This document shows positions 39,988 through 54,000 of a stretch of DNA of 64,000 nt, piece by piece. The stretch is from contig JAUCBJ010002619.1 in the NCBI GenBank assembly GCA_032718475.1, positions 1 to 64,000 of the forward strand, given 5' to 3'. A model generated the notes under the pieces. It searched no databases, was not told the DNA's origin, and saw only the letters and a list, made by a program, of their open reading frames with translations. Each line of letters starts with the position of its first letter. The first letter of the stretch is position 1. This DNA comes from Nemertoderma westbladi (lineage: Eukaryota; Animalia; Xenacoelomorpha). A program made the translations under genes and the position numbers.

Positions 39988-40756
39988 ATAAGTTAGTTTA
40001 TTTTGGTACATTGACTACATTCGTAGTGAATTTATATAAAACCAGTAGTGTGGGACCTTTTAGCCGGTTTCCACAGATGTCGAAATCCCATAAACATTTA
40101 CGCCATGATTAAAATAAAACAAATAAAAAAAAATAATTTACCATTTTGTTAACACTTCTAACAAAAAAATATCACATGAACTGAACGAACGCCCATCTTA
40201 ATAAGCACTTTTATGATAATTTTCATTTCAGTTCCATTGTTCTAGTGGTTCTGATTTAGGCATTTTTTCCTTATAATCGGAAAAACACATTCCACAAATG
40301 GTTTAGATGCAACATCCAGATACCATCATCCAATTTATTGATAACTACACTTTACTTAATCATCTCCAGCACTGAAATTAAAATCGTCAAAAAGTGCGGC
40401 AAACTATGCATGTTCATAACGATGTAAAGTGTTAGGAGTTATATAATATTCGATAATTATTATCCAGTCAATTTCGTTACGAAAATAAAGCAAAGAAATG
40501 CTAGTAATAGTACCTAACATCAAAATACCTAACTCAATACCTAACTCAAAATATTTATTATAAATAATAACATTCCATGCAAAGTTAAGTTTAAAATATG
40601 AATTACATGGACTAACATATATTACAATTAATTGTGTAAATTCAAAATAAATCAAGTTAAAAACTGCACAGCTTCGTATAACAATATAAGAGGTATTTTA
40701 GACACCAGAGTAAGGAATTGTTGCACCGAATATTTAAAGCAATGAGTAAATCCAAA

Positions 40757-42000
40757 CTATTTTTCTGTCTTGGATAATTCTAGAATTTCATTAAGAATTC
40801 GTAGGTCCTCTTCTTCTCTTAGTTTAGATTCATCGGCGAGCATTGCACTGAGTTTGAGGGCCTTCGAGAGTTCTGTTTCTGTAGATTGTTTGACAGTAGA
40901 TACTGGCGAGTCTATATGAACCCAGTCTGCCTGCGGTTTCATTGAGTCTGTCGGCGGTTTCATTGAGTCTGTCTGGGACCTCATTGTGTCAGCCTGTGGT
41001 TTCATTGAGTCTGTCTCGGACCTCATTGAGTCTGTCGGCGGTTTCATTGCGTCTGCCTGGGCATCTTCTGAATCCGTGGTTGACCCCGCTGCGACCGTTA
41101 GAACGTCGTTAATGTGAGGGGCTCCATCAGAAGATCCTACAAACTCACTTGTACTTTCCGGCACTACTGAACTCTCTTGTTTGCCTTCGGGAAGAACCTC
41201 CACTGCAGCTGTTTGTCCCTCTGTACCCAACTGCCCCCCTGTATCCAACTGCCCCCCTGTACCCAACGGCCCCCCAGTACCAAACTGCCCCCCCGTACCC
41301 AGCGGCATCCCTGTACCTGACGGTATGTGTCCGTTTGCCCCCTTCCATTCTCTCGCCGCGGCTATGCTAGCCTCTATGGCCTTCTGCAATTCAGCCTCCT
41401 CATCCATCGCAGAACCCCCCACTTCGCTCAAATATTCCGGATGATTAATCGATAAACTCAGTTGTATAGCCTGCTGTAGAGCATCATCCTCCATGCTGCC
41501 GCTCCCTACATGGGATTCATGAGAACGCCCCCCTGCCCCTGAGCTGGAATCCACCATGTGCACGCTGTAGCCGCTAGGTGGCCGGAAGGCGGCCTCGTCT
41601 ATACAGCACGAGGGAACCGCCACCCCTACGGGGTTCCCTTCGGAGTCTGTAGGATCTCCACCAACTACAGTCACGTAATTAGGAGTTTCTACGGATCCGT
41701 TCAAGTTGTTAAAAGTAATTCTCGTATTAAAGACGTGATACAACGGTATCTCTACCTTTATGGGGAAACCGCTGGGGATCTGTAGACTTATAAAGTCTCG
41801 GAGTTTCTTAAAGTGAGCGTTACTCACGGACATGAGATCGAGTATCGGTAGGACTTGTTCCTGCACGGCTAGCGGATGCTCTTCAACCAACCACAGCGTC
41901 GCCTTAAATCTCTGGGTCTTTACGACTTCCTCTATTGGTCGACCTATATCGCGGTCCACAAGTTCCTCAGCGGGATCGAAGTAAACCTCAGGGGGGATAC
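40757..42000 (-). CDS. ANKRD13: Ankyrin repeat domain-containing protein 13 (A/B/D-like), last coding exon with UIMs
   Basis: Acceptor TCCTCTTCAG|GT at 42000 (phase 1) gives NPTG-IPPEVYFD...DIGRP...QRFKATLWL..EHPL..QEQVLPILDLM..SNAHFKKLRDFI.LQIPSGFPIKVEIPLYHV. Four UIM-like helices (LQQAIQLSL, LQKAIEASI, LSKALKLSA, LNEILELSKTEK*). Confidence 0.93.
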
Positions 42001-42120
42001 CTGAAGAGGAAATATATTAATTTATAAACCTGCGGGAAAATATATTAATATATAAATATACGGCAAATAATATTAATTTATATAGTAGATATCTGCGGGA
42101 AAATATATTAATTTATATTT
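42001..42120 (-). repeat. Short ~30-bp tandem duplications of the 3' splice site region
   Basis: Minus strand: AATTAATATATTTTCCCGCAG (ends 42093), ATTAATATATTTTCCCGCAG (ends 42030), AATTAATATATTTCCTCTTCAG (ends 42001), plus one decayed unit. Confidence 0.75.
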
Positions 42121-42184
42121 TACGTCAAGACTGAATTCGATTTAAAAAACGGGGTGACAGTGAATTTTCCCAGTGTTGAATTTA

Positions 42185-42385
42185 TTGCATCTTAGACTAA
42201 TTGGTGAGTATATTGGTAGTTAAAAAAAATATATAAATGTTGATAATAATGTAATAAAGTAATTGCAGCTTTCATACTAGTTAGGAGGAACCTGGTATAT
42301 CCGGTAAAATTCCGGCCGGAATTGACCACATTCACAGCAAAAACCACCGGAATTCCGGCCGGAACGGAATTCCGGGACATCCCTA
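42185..42385 (+). mobile_element. Solo right end of the hAT-like element, abutting the satellite
   Basis: Homologous to ~50835-51061 and ends in GGAATTCCGGGACATCCCTA. Confidence 0.8.
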
Positions 42386-45300
42386 TTTACCAGTTGGGTT
42401 AAGTGGGTTAACTTTACTTACCAGTTGGGTTCAGTGGGTTAACTTTACTTACCAGTTGGGTTCAGTGGGTTTACTTTACTTACCAGTTGGGTTCAGTAGG
42501 TTTACTTTACTTACCAGTTGGATTCAGTGGGTTAACTTTACTTACAAGTTGGGTTCAGTGGATTAACTTTACTTACCATTTGGGTTCAGTGGGTTTACTT
42601 TACTTACCAGTTGGGTTCAGTGGGTTAACTTTACTTACCAGTTGGGTTCAGTGGGTTAACTTTACTTACCAGTTGGGTTCAGTGGGTTTACTTTACTTAC
42701 CAGTTGGGTTCAATGCGTTTACTTTACTTACCAGTTGGGTTCAGTGGGTTAACTTTACTTACCAGTTGGGTTCAGTGGGTTTACTTTACTTACCAGTTGG
42801 GTTCAGTGGGTTAACTTTACTTACCAGTTGGGTTCAGTGGGTTTACTTTACTTACCAGTTGGGTTCAGTAGGTTAACTTTACTTACCAGTTGGGTTCAGT
42901 GGGTTTACTTTACTTACCAGTTGGGTTCAGTGCGTTTACTTTACTTACCAGTTGGGTTCAGTGGGTTAACTTTACTTACCAGTTGGGTTCAGTGGGTTTA
43001 CTTTACCCACCAGTTGGGTTCAGTGGGTTAACTTTACTTACCAGTTGGGTTCAGTGGGTTAACAACTTTACTTACCAGTTGGGTTCAGTGGGTTTACTTT
43101 ACTTACCAGATGGGTTCAGTGGGTTTACTTTACTTACCAGTTGGGTTCAGTGGGTTTACTTTACTTACCAGTTGGGTTTAGTGGGCTAACTTTACTTACC
43201 AGTTGGGTTCAGTGGGTTTACTTTACTTACCAGTTGGGTTCAGTGGGTTTACTTTACTTACCAGTTGGGTTCAGTGGGTTAACTTTACTTACCAGTTGGG
43301 TTCAGTGGGTTTACTTTACTTACCAGTTGGGTTCAGTGGGTTAACTTTACTTACCAGTTGGGTTCAGTGGGTTAACTTTACTTACCAGTTGGGTTCAGTG
43401 GGTATACTATACTTACCAGTTGGGTTCAGTGGGTTAACTTTACTTACCAGTTGGGTTCAGTGGGTTAACTTTACTTACCAGTTGGGTTCAGGGGGTTTAC
43501 TTTACTTACCACAGTTGGGTTCAGTGGGTTAACTTTACTTACCAGTTGGGCTCAGTGGGTCAACTTTACTTACCAGTTGGGTCCAGTCAGTGGGTTAATT
43601 TTACTTACCAGTTGGGTTCAGTGTTCAGTGGGTTAACTTCACTTACCAGTTGGGTTCAGTGGTTAACTTTACTTACCACCAGTTGGGTTCAGTGGGTTTA
43701 CTTTACTTACCAGTTGGGTTCAGTGGGTTTACTTTACTTACCAGTTGGATTTAGTGGGTTTACTTTACTTACCAGTTGGGTTCAGTGTTCAGTGGGTTAA
43801 CTTTACTTACCAGTTGGGTTCAGTGGGTTAACTTTACTTACCAGAGTGCGTTTACTTTACTTACCAGTTGGGTTCAGTGGGTTAACTTTACTTAGCAGTT
43901 GGGTTCAGTGGGTTTACTTTACCCACCAGTTGGGTTCAGTGGGTTAACTTTACTTACCAGTTGGGTTCAGTGGGTTAACAACTTTACTTACCAGTTGGGT
44001 TCAGTGGGTTTACTTTACTTACCAGATGGGTTCAGTGGGTTTACTTTACTTACCAGTTGGGTCCAGTGGGTTTACTTTACTTACCAGTTGGGTTCAGTGG
44101 GCTAACTTTACTTACCAGTTGGGTTCAGTGGGTTTACTTTACTTACCAGTTGGGTTCAGTGGGTTTACTTTACTTACCAGTTGGGTTCAGTGGGTTAACT
44201 TTACTTACCAGTTGGGTTCAGTGGGTTTACTTTACTTACCAGTTGGGTTCAGTGGGTTAACTTTACTTACCAGTTGGGTTCAGTGGGTTAACTTTACTTA
44301 CCAGTTGGGTTCAGTGGGTATACTATACTTACCATTTGGGTTCAGTGGTTTAACTTTACTTACCAGTTGGGTTCAGTGGGTTAACTTTACTTACCAGTTG
44401 GGTTCAGTGGGTTTACTTTACCCACCAGTTGGGTTCAGTGGGTTAACTTTACTTACCAGTTGGGTTCAGTGGGTTAACAACTTTACTTACCAGTTGGGTT
44501 CAGTGGGTTTACTTTACTTACCAGATGGGTTCAGTGGGTTTACTTTACTTACCAGTTGGGTTCAGTGGGTTAACTTTACTTACCAGTTGGGTTCAGTGGG
44601 TTTACTTTACTTACCAGTTGGGTTCAGTGGGTTAACTTTACTTACCAGTTGGGTTCAGTGGGTTAACTTTACTTACCAGTTGGGTTCAGTGGGTATACTA
44701 TACTTACCAGTTGGGTTCAGTGGGTTAACTTTACTTACCAGTTGGGTTCAGTGGGTTAACTTTACTTACCAGTTGGGTTCAGGGGGTTTACTTTACTTAC
44801 CACAGTTGGGTTCAGTGGGTTAACTTTACTTACCAGTTGGGTTCAGTGGGTCAACTTTACTTACCAGTTGGGTTCAGTGGGTTAATTTTACTTACCAGTT
44901 GGGTTCAGTGTTCAGTGGGTTAACTTTACTTACCAGTTGGGTTCAGTGGTTAACTTTACTTACCACCAGTTGGGTTCAGTGGGTTTACTTTACTTACCAG
45001 TTGGGTTCAGTGGGTTTACTTTACTTACCAGTTGGGTTCAGTGGGTTTACTTTATTTACCAGTTGGGTTCAGTGTTCAGTGGGTTAACTTTACTTACCAG
45101 TTGGGTTCAGTGGGTTAACTTTACTTACCAGAGTGCGTTTACTTTACTTACCAGTTGGGTTCAGTGGGTTAACTTTACTTACCAGTTGGGTTTAGTGGGT
45201 TTACTTTACCCACCAGTTGGGTTCAGTGTGTTAACTTTACTTACCAGTTGGGTTCAGTGGGTTAACAACTTTACTTACCAGTTGGGTTCAGTGGGTTTAC

Positions 45301-48300
45301 TTTACTTACCAGATGGGTTCAGTGGGTTTACTTTACTTACCAGTTGGGTTCAGTGGGTTTACTTTACTTACCAGTTGGGTTCAGTGGGCTAACTTTACTT
45401 ACCAGTTGGGTTCAGTGGGTTTACTTTACTTACCAGTTGGGTTCAGTGGGTTTACTTTACTTACCAGTTGGGTTCAGTGGGTTAACTTTACTTACCAGTT
45501 GGGCTCAGTGGGTCAACTTTACTTACCAGTTGGGTCCAGTCAGTGGGTTAATTTTACTTACCAGTTGGGTTCAGTGTTCAGTGGGTTAACTTCACTTACC
45601 AGTTGGGTTCAGTGGTTAACTTTACTTACCACCAGTTGGGTTCAGTGGGTTTACTTTACTTACCAGTTGGGTTCAGTGGGTTTACTTTACTTACCAGTTG
45701 GATTTAGTGGGTTTACTTTACTTACCAGTTGGGTTCAGTGTTCAGTGGGTTAACTTTACTTACCAGTTGGGTTCAGTGGGTTAACTTTACTTACCAGAGT
45801 GCGTTTACTTTACTTACCAGTTGGGTTCAGTGGGTTAACTTTACTTAGCAGTTGGGTTCAGTGGGTTTACTTTACCCACCAGTTGGGTTCAGTGGGTTAA
45901 CTTTACTTACCAGTTGGGTTCAGTGGGTTAACAACTTTACTTACCAGTTGGGTTCAGTGGGTTTACTTTACTTACCAGATGGGTTCAGTGGGTTTACTTT
46001 ACTTACCAGTTGGGTCCAGTGGGTTTACTTTACTTACCAGTTGGGTTCAGTGGGCTAACTTTACTTACCAGTTGGGTTCAGTGGGTTTACTTTACTTACC
46101 AGTTGGGTTCAGTGGGTTTACTTTACTTACCAGTTGGGTTCAGTGGGTTAACTTTACTTACCAGTTGGGTTCAGTGGGTTTACTTTACTTACCAGTTGGG
46201 TTCAGTGGGTTAACTTTACTTACCAGTTGGGTTCAGTGGGTTAACTTTACTTACCAGTTGGGTTCAGTGGGTATACTATACTTACCATTTGGGTTCAGTG
46301 GTTTAACTTTACTTACCAGTTGGGTTCAGTGGGTTAACTTTACTTACCAGTTGGGTTCAGTGGGTTTACTTTACCCACCAGTTGGGTTCAGTGGGTTAAC
46401 TTTACTTACCAGTTGGGTTCAGTGGGTTAACAACTTTACTTACCAGTTGGGTTCAGTGGGTTTACTTTACTTACCAGATGGGTTCAGTGGGTTTACTTTA
46501 CTTACCAGTTGGGTTCAGTGGGTTAACTTTACTTACCAGTTGGGTTCAGTGGGTTTACTTTACTTACCAGTTGGGTTCAGTGGGTTAACTTTACTTACCA
46601 GTTGGGTTCAGTGGGTTAACTTTACTTACCAGTTGGGTTCAGTGGGTATACTATACTTACCAGTTGGGTTCAGTGGGTTAACTTTACTTACCAGTTGGGT
46701 TCAGTGGGTTAACTTTACTTACCAGTTGGGTTCAGGGGGTTTACTTTACTTACCACAGTTGGGTTCAGTGGGTTAACTTTACTTACCAGTTGGGTTCAGT
46801 GGGTCAACTTTACTTACCAGTTGGGTTCAGTGGGTTAATTTTACTTACCAGTTGGGTTCAGTGTTCAGTGGGTTAACTTTACTTACCAGTTGGGTTCAGT
46901 GGTTAACTTTACTTACCACCAGTTGGGTTCAGTGGGTTTACTTTACTTACCAGTTGGGTTCAGTGGGTTTACTTTACTTACCAGTTGGGTTCAGTGGGTT
47001 TACTTTATTTACCAGTTGGGTTCAGTGTTCAGTGGGTTAACTTTACTTACCAGTTGGGTTCAGTGGGTTAACTTTACTTACCAGAGTGCGTTTACTTTAC
47101 TTACCAGTTGGGTTCAGTGGGTTAACTTTACTTACCAGTTGGGTTTAGTGGGTTTACTTTACCCACCAGTTGGGTTCAGTGGGTTAACTTTACTTACCAG
47201 TTGGGTTCAGTGGGTTAACAACTTTACTTACCAGTTGGGTTCAGTGGGTTTACTTTACTTACCAGATGGGTTCAGTGGGTTTACTTTACTTACCAGTTGG
47301 GTTCAGTGGGTTTACTTTACTTACCAGTTGGGTTCAGTGGGCTAACTTTACTTACCAGTTGGGTTCAGTGGGTTTAATTTACTTACCAGTTGGGTTCAGT
47401 GGGTTTACTTTACTTACCAGTTGGGTTCAGTGGGTTAACTTTACTTACCAGTTGGGTTCAGTGGGTTTACTTTACTTACCAGTTGGGTTCAGTGGGTTAA
47501 CTTTACTTACCAGTTGGGTTCAGTGGGTTAACTTTACTTACCAGTTGGGTTCAGTGGGTATACTATACTTACCAGTTGGGTTCAGTGGGTTAACTTTACT
47601 TACCAGTTGGGTTCAGTGGGTTAACTTTACTTACCAGTTGGGTTCAGGGGGTTTACTTTACTTACCACAGTTGGGTTCAGTGGGTTAACTTTACTTACCA
47701 GTTGGGTTCAGTGGGTCAACTTTACTTACCAGTTGGGTTCAGTGGGTTAATTTTACTTACCAGTTGGGTTCAGTGTTCAGTGGGTTAACTTTACTTACCA
47801 GTTGGGTTCAGTGGTTAACTTTACTTACCACCAGTTGGGTTCAGTGGGTTTACTTTACTTACCAGTTGGGTTCAGTGGGTTTACTTTACTTACCAGTTGG
47901 GTTCAGTGGGTTTACTTTACTTACCAGTTGGGTTCAGTGTTCAGTGGGTTAACTTTACTTACCAGTTGGGTTCAGTGGGTTAACTTTACTTACCAGTTGG
48001 GTTCAGTGGGTTTACTTTACTTACCAGTTGGGTTCAGTGGGTTTACTTTAACTTACCAGTTGGGTTCAGTGGGTTAACTTTACTTACCAGTTGGGTTCAG
48101 TGGGTTAACTTTACTTACCAGTTGGTTTCAGTTGGTTTACTTTACTTACCAGTTGGGTTCAGTGGCTTTACTTTACTTACCAGTTGGGTTCAGTGGGTTT
48201 ACTTTACTTACCAGTTGGGTTCAGTGGGTTAACTTTACTTACCAGTTGGGTTCAGTGGGTTAACTTTACTTACTAGTTGGGTTCAGTGGGTTAACTCTAC

Positions 48301-48917
48301 TTACCAGTTGGTTTACTTTACTTACCAGTTGGGTTCAGTGGGTTTACTTTATTTACCAGTTGGGTTCAGTGGGTTTACTTTACTTACCAGATGGGTTCAG
48401 TGGGTTAACTTTACTTACCAGTTGGGTTCAGTGGGTTTACTTTACTTACCAGATGGGTTCAGTGGGTTTACTTTACTTACCAGTTGGGTTCAGTGGGTTA
48501 ACTTTACTTACCAGTTGGGTTCAGTGGGTTTACTTTACTTACCAGTTGGGTTCAGTGGGTTTACTTTACTTACAAGTTGGGTTCAGTGGGTTTACTTTAC
48601 TTACCAGTTGGGTTCAGTGGGTTAACTTTACTTACCAGTTGGGTTCAGTGGGTTAACTTTACTTACCAGTTGGGTTCAGTGGGTTTACTTTACTTACCAG
48701 TTGGGTTCAGTGGGTTTACTTTACTTACCAGATGGGTTCAGTGGGTTTACTTTATTTACCAGTTGGGTTCAGTGGGTTTACTTTACTTACCAGTTGGTTT
48801 CAGTGGGTTAACTTTACTTACCAGTTGGGTTCAGTGGGTTTACTTTACTTACCAGTTGGGTTCAGTGGGTTTACTTTACTTACCAGTTGGGTTCAGTGGG
48901 TTTACTTTACTTACCAG

Positions 48918-51061
48918 TAGGGATGTCCCGGAATCAATATTTTGATTCCGGCCGGAACCGGAACCGGAATTCAACATGCCGGAATTCCGGCCGGAACCGG
49001 AATTTTGTATAAATTAGTGAAATACACTAAATGACCCATGAAACCTTATATTTTTTTTTTTGAAATAAATGAATTTTTTGGCACGTTACGGCCTATTATG
49101 GGGAAGGGAGGGGGGGGGGGGGGGGGGTACTTCGGACTTATACGACAGGGAATTCAATTTCCTTGTTTTTCAAAAACCTATATCTTTGGCCAAAAGTTAG
49201 GTTTTTTGGCTCATACTTAAAAACCTACGTTGGCCAGAGGTTTCGGGTTTCCTGGTTTCGCGACATTAGGTCGTTTAGTGCAATATCCTGGTGTCGTTAA
49301 GGGAAAGGAGCATGTTACAGTGGCATGTTATTCGAACCAGAACAATAAACGAAAGTTAATAGTATATCTTACAGTTTAATTTTGCTGGGAATAAATAGAT
49401 TTCTGGTAAGAAATAGTTTTGCTATAAATATAAATAAACATACTGTATTATAAGCAGCACCTACGGCGCAGGGAATATTGACGCATGACCCAACGTCGCC
49501 ATCGACCACACTTGCAGGACCTAAAGACGCAGGACCTGTACGTAGTGTAATAACGTTTTATATTAGTTTTAGGTTAGCCTAGTGTATTTGTGTAATATTG
49601 TATTTGTAACCTAGTAACATAAAGCACCCACTTGGAAATAAGCTGCAAAGCTTTAGGGGTAATCTAATGTTATGTTGGACAATCAATATTATAGTCGAGT
49701 CAATCTAGCAAAAAACCCGTAAGTATTTCGCAATCAATCCGAACCACATATTTTAGATTCTATATTACCTTATTAATGACAAAAAAAGTCTATAAAATTA
49801 TATTTTGCGGATCATATGTTTATTCATGGAAATTCTGCGTAAATTTGCATAACACAAGACAAACAAAAGGAACAGTAGGGGAGAGTAAGTGGCAAATTAG
49901 TGATGTTCCAGAATAATTTAATTAATTTCACAATAAGCTGTGATTCAATGGGAAATTAGTAATAAAAAAAATTGGTTTGGAAGAATTGCGAATTTGTTAT
50001 GGGTTGACCCCCTTTTTCGGCTAGATTGACTCGCCTATTAATATTATCGTATTATTTAATAATTATATCAAAGTAAAATAATGTAAAATCAATGCATAAT
50101 AATGTAAATCAATCTAAAAAACGTTAATATAAGCAAATTGCAAAACCACTCGTTAAGATAAGACCCATGTTTCACTGGTAAGTCTTATGTCATATTATTA
50201 TGACATAAGACATTAGGTCAACTTTCAAAAAATTCCTTCAGAAAATTTTTTTACATTATGTCAAAATATAATATATTATGGAACACCAACAAATTGGTTT
50301 CAATGGGAGCGTCTCCACTCTACTGGTAAATCGTAAGTAACGACTAATGAGCGAAAGTGATTATGTCCCATGTTCCATCTTTTTTTGACAAACGACTCAT
50401 CACTTATGGCATGCTGAAAGCCTGGATTGATACCTTTGGGTATAGAAATATTTTGTAAATGTGAGACTCATCTTATATTTTTTTATAACAAATGAGTTTT
50501 GACTTGTGTTACCAGTGGAGCAAGGGAGCTGTAATTTTGACATTCTGAAGACAAAATCTGAAAACAACTTGCATTTCGAATGGATTTCTTAAAAAATCTT
50601 CAGAACGACAAAAGATTTTACAAATGTGAATTAAGTTGCATTAGATTCCCATCTATCTGGAGGTTGTGGGTTCGAACCTCGTATGGGCCCCGGCAGTTTT
50701 CGTTTCGGTACGAATGATTTGAAGAGGCTAGCTTGCGGTATCTATATCTGCTTTGCATCCTTAAAGGGTAGCTCTAAGCTAACGGCCGAAGAAAACTTTA
50801 CTTTTTAACTTTTTTTTACAAGTGTTGACAAGTACTGCATCTTAAACAATAAATTGGTAAGTATATGTTAAGAAATATATATAAATTTTGATAATAATTT
50901 AACAAACTAATTCAATTGGCAACTATCAAACTAGTTAGGAACCTGGTAATTCCGGTAAAATTCCGGCCGGAATTGACCCCATTCCGGGAATTCCGGCCGG
51001 AACCGGAATCGGGCAAAAACCGCCGGAATTCCGGCCGGAACGGAATTCCGGGACATCCCTA
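48918..51061. mobile_element. Complete non-autonomous hAT-like DNA transposon (2144 bp) with 8-bp TSD
   Basis: TIR TAGGGATGTCCCGGAAT / ATTCCGGGACATCCCTA (Ac-like TAGGGATG), subterminal CCGGAA repeats, TSD CTTACCAG at 48910-48917 and 51062-51069. No transposase ORF. Confidence 0.9.
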
Positions 51062-54000
51062 CTTACCAGTTGGGTTCAGTGGGTTTACTTTACTTACCAG
51101 TTGGGTTCAGTGGGTTTACTTTACTTACCAGTTGGGTTCAGTGGGTTTACTTTACTTACCAGATGGGTTCAGTGGGTTTACTTTACTTACCAGTTGGGTC
51201 CAGTGGGTTTACTTTACTTACCAGTTGGGTTCAGTGGGCTAACTTTACTTACCAGTTGGGTTCAGTGGGTTTACTTTACTTACCAGTTGGGTTCAGTGGG
51301 TTTACTTTACTTACCAGTTGGGTTCAGTGGGTTAACTTTACTTACCAGTTGGGTTCAGTGGGTTTACTTTACTTACCAGTTGGGTTCAGTGGGTTAACTT
51401 TACTTACCAGTTGGGTTCAGTGGGTTAACTTTACTTACCAGTTGGGTTCAGTGGGTATACTATACTTACCATTTGGGTTCAGTGGTTTAACTTTACTTAC
51501 CAGTTGGGTTCAGTGGGTTAACTTTACTTACCAGTTGGGTTCAGTGGGTTTACTTTACCCACCAGTTGGGTTCAGTGGGTTAACTTTACTTACCAGTTGG
51601 GTTCAGTGGGTTAACAACTTTACTTACCAGTTGGGTTCAGTGGGTTTACTTTACTTACCAGATGGGTTCAGTGGGTTTACTTTACTTACCAGTTGGGTTC
51701 AGTGGGTTAACTTTACTTACCAGTTGGGTTCAGTGGGTTTACTTTACTTACCAGTTGGGTTCAGTGGGTTAACTTTACTTACCAGTTGGGTTCAGTGGGT
51801 TAACTTTACTTACCAGTTGGGTTCAGTGGGTATACTATACTTACCAGTTGGGTTCAGTGGGTTAACTTTACTTACCAGTTGGGTTCAGTGGGTTAACTTT
51901 ACTTACCAGTTGGGTTCAGGGGGTTTACTTTACTTACCACAGTTGGGTTCAGTGGGTTAACTTTACTTACCAGTTGGGTTCAGTGGGTCAACTTTACTTA
52001 CCAGTTGGGTTCAGTGGGTTAATTTTACTTACCAGTTGGGTTCAGTGTTCAGTGGGTTAACTTTACTTACCAGTTGGGTTCAGTGGTTAACTTTACTTAC
52101 CACCAGTTGGGTTCAGTGGGTTTACTTTACTTACCAGTTGGGTTCAGTGGGTTTACTTTACTTACCAGTTGGGTTCAGTGGGTTTACTTTATTTACCAGT
52201 TGGGTTCAGTGTTCAGTGGGTTAACTTTACTTACCAGTTGGGTTCAGTGGGTTAACTTTACTTACCAGAGTGCGTTTACTTTACTTACCAGTTGGGTTCA
52301 GTGGGTTAACTTTACTTACCAGTTGGGTTCAGTGGGTTTACTTTACTTACCAGTTGGGTTCAGTGGGTTTACTTTACTTACCAGTTGGGTTCAGTGGGTT
52401 TACTTTACTTACCAGTTGGGTTCAGTGGGTTTACTTTACTTACCAGTTGGGTTCAGTGGGTTTACTTTACTTACCAGTTGGGTTCAGTGGGTTTACTTTA
52501 CTTACCAGTTGGGTTCAGTGGGTTAACTCTACTTACCAGTTGGTTTACTTTACTTACCAGTTGGGTTCAGTGGGTTTACTTTACTTACCAGTTGGGTTCA
52601 GTGGGTTTACTTTACTTACCAGTTGGGTTCAGTGGGTTAACTTTACTTACCAGTTGGGTTCAGTGGGTTAACTTTACTTACCAGTTGGGTTCAGTGGGTT
52701 AACTCTACTTACCAGTTGGTTTACTTTACTTACCAGTTGGGTTCAGTGGTTAACTTTACTTACCACCTGTTGGGTTCAGTGGGTTAACTTTACTTACCAG
52801 TTGGGTTCAGTGGGTCAACTTTACTTACCAGTTGGGTTCAGTGGGTTTACTTTACTTACCAGTTGGGTTCAGTGTTCAGTGGGTTTACTTTACTTACCAG
52901 TTGGGTTCAGTGGGTTAACTTTACTTACCAGTTGGGTTCAGTGGGTTAACTTTACTTACCAGTTGGGTTCAGTGGGTATACTATACTTACCAGTTGGGTT
53001 CAGTGGGTTAACTTTACTTACCAGTTGGGTTCAGTGGGTCAACTTTACTTACCAGTTGGGTTCAGTGGGTTAATTTTACTTACCAGTTGGGTTCAGTGTT
53101 CAGTGGGTTAACTTTACTTACCAGTTGGGTTCAGTGGTTAACTTTACTTACCACCAGTTGGGTTCAGTGGGTTAACTTTACTTACCAGTTGGGTTCAGTG
53201 GGTCAACTTTACTTACCAGTTGGGTTCAGTGGGTTAACTTTACTTACCAGTTGGGTTCAGTGTTCAGTGGGTTTACTTTACTTACCAGTTGGGTTCAGTC
53301 GGTTAACTTTACTTACCAGTTGGGTTCAGTGGGTTAACTTTACTTACCAGTTGGGTTCAGTGGGTATACTTTACTTACCAGTTGGGTTCAGTGGGTTAAC
53401 TTTACTTACCAGTTGGGTTCAGTGGGTTAACTTTACTTACCAGTTGGGTTCAGTGGGTTAACTTTACTTACCAGTTGGGTTCAGTGCGTGTTAACTTTAC
53501 TTACCAGTTGGGTTCAGTGGTTAACTTTACTTCCACCAGTTGGGTTCAGTGGGTTAACTTTACTTACCAGTTGGGTTCAGTGGGTCAACTTTACTTACCA
53601 GTTGGGTTCAGTGGGTTAATTTTACTTACCAGTTGGGTCAGTGTTCAGTGGGTTTACTTTACTTACCAGTTGGGTTCAGTGGGTTAACTTTACTTACCAG
53701 TTGGGTTCAGTGGGGTAACTTTACTTACCAGTTGGGTTCAGTGGGTATACTATACTTACCAGTTGGGTTCAGTGGGTTAACTTTACTTACCAGTTGGGTT
53801 CAGTGGGTTAACTTTACTTACCAGTTGGGTTCAGGGGGTTTACTTTACTTACCACAGTTGGATTCAGTGGGTTAACTTTACTTACCAGTTGGGTTCAGTG
53901 GTTAACTTTACTTACCACCAGTTGGGTTCAGTGGGTTAACTTTACTTACCAGTTGGGTTCAGTGGGTCAACTTTACTTACCAGTTGGGTTCAGTGGGTTA

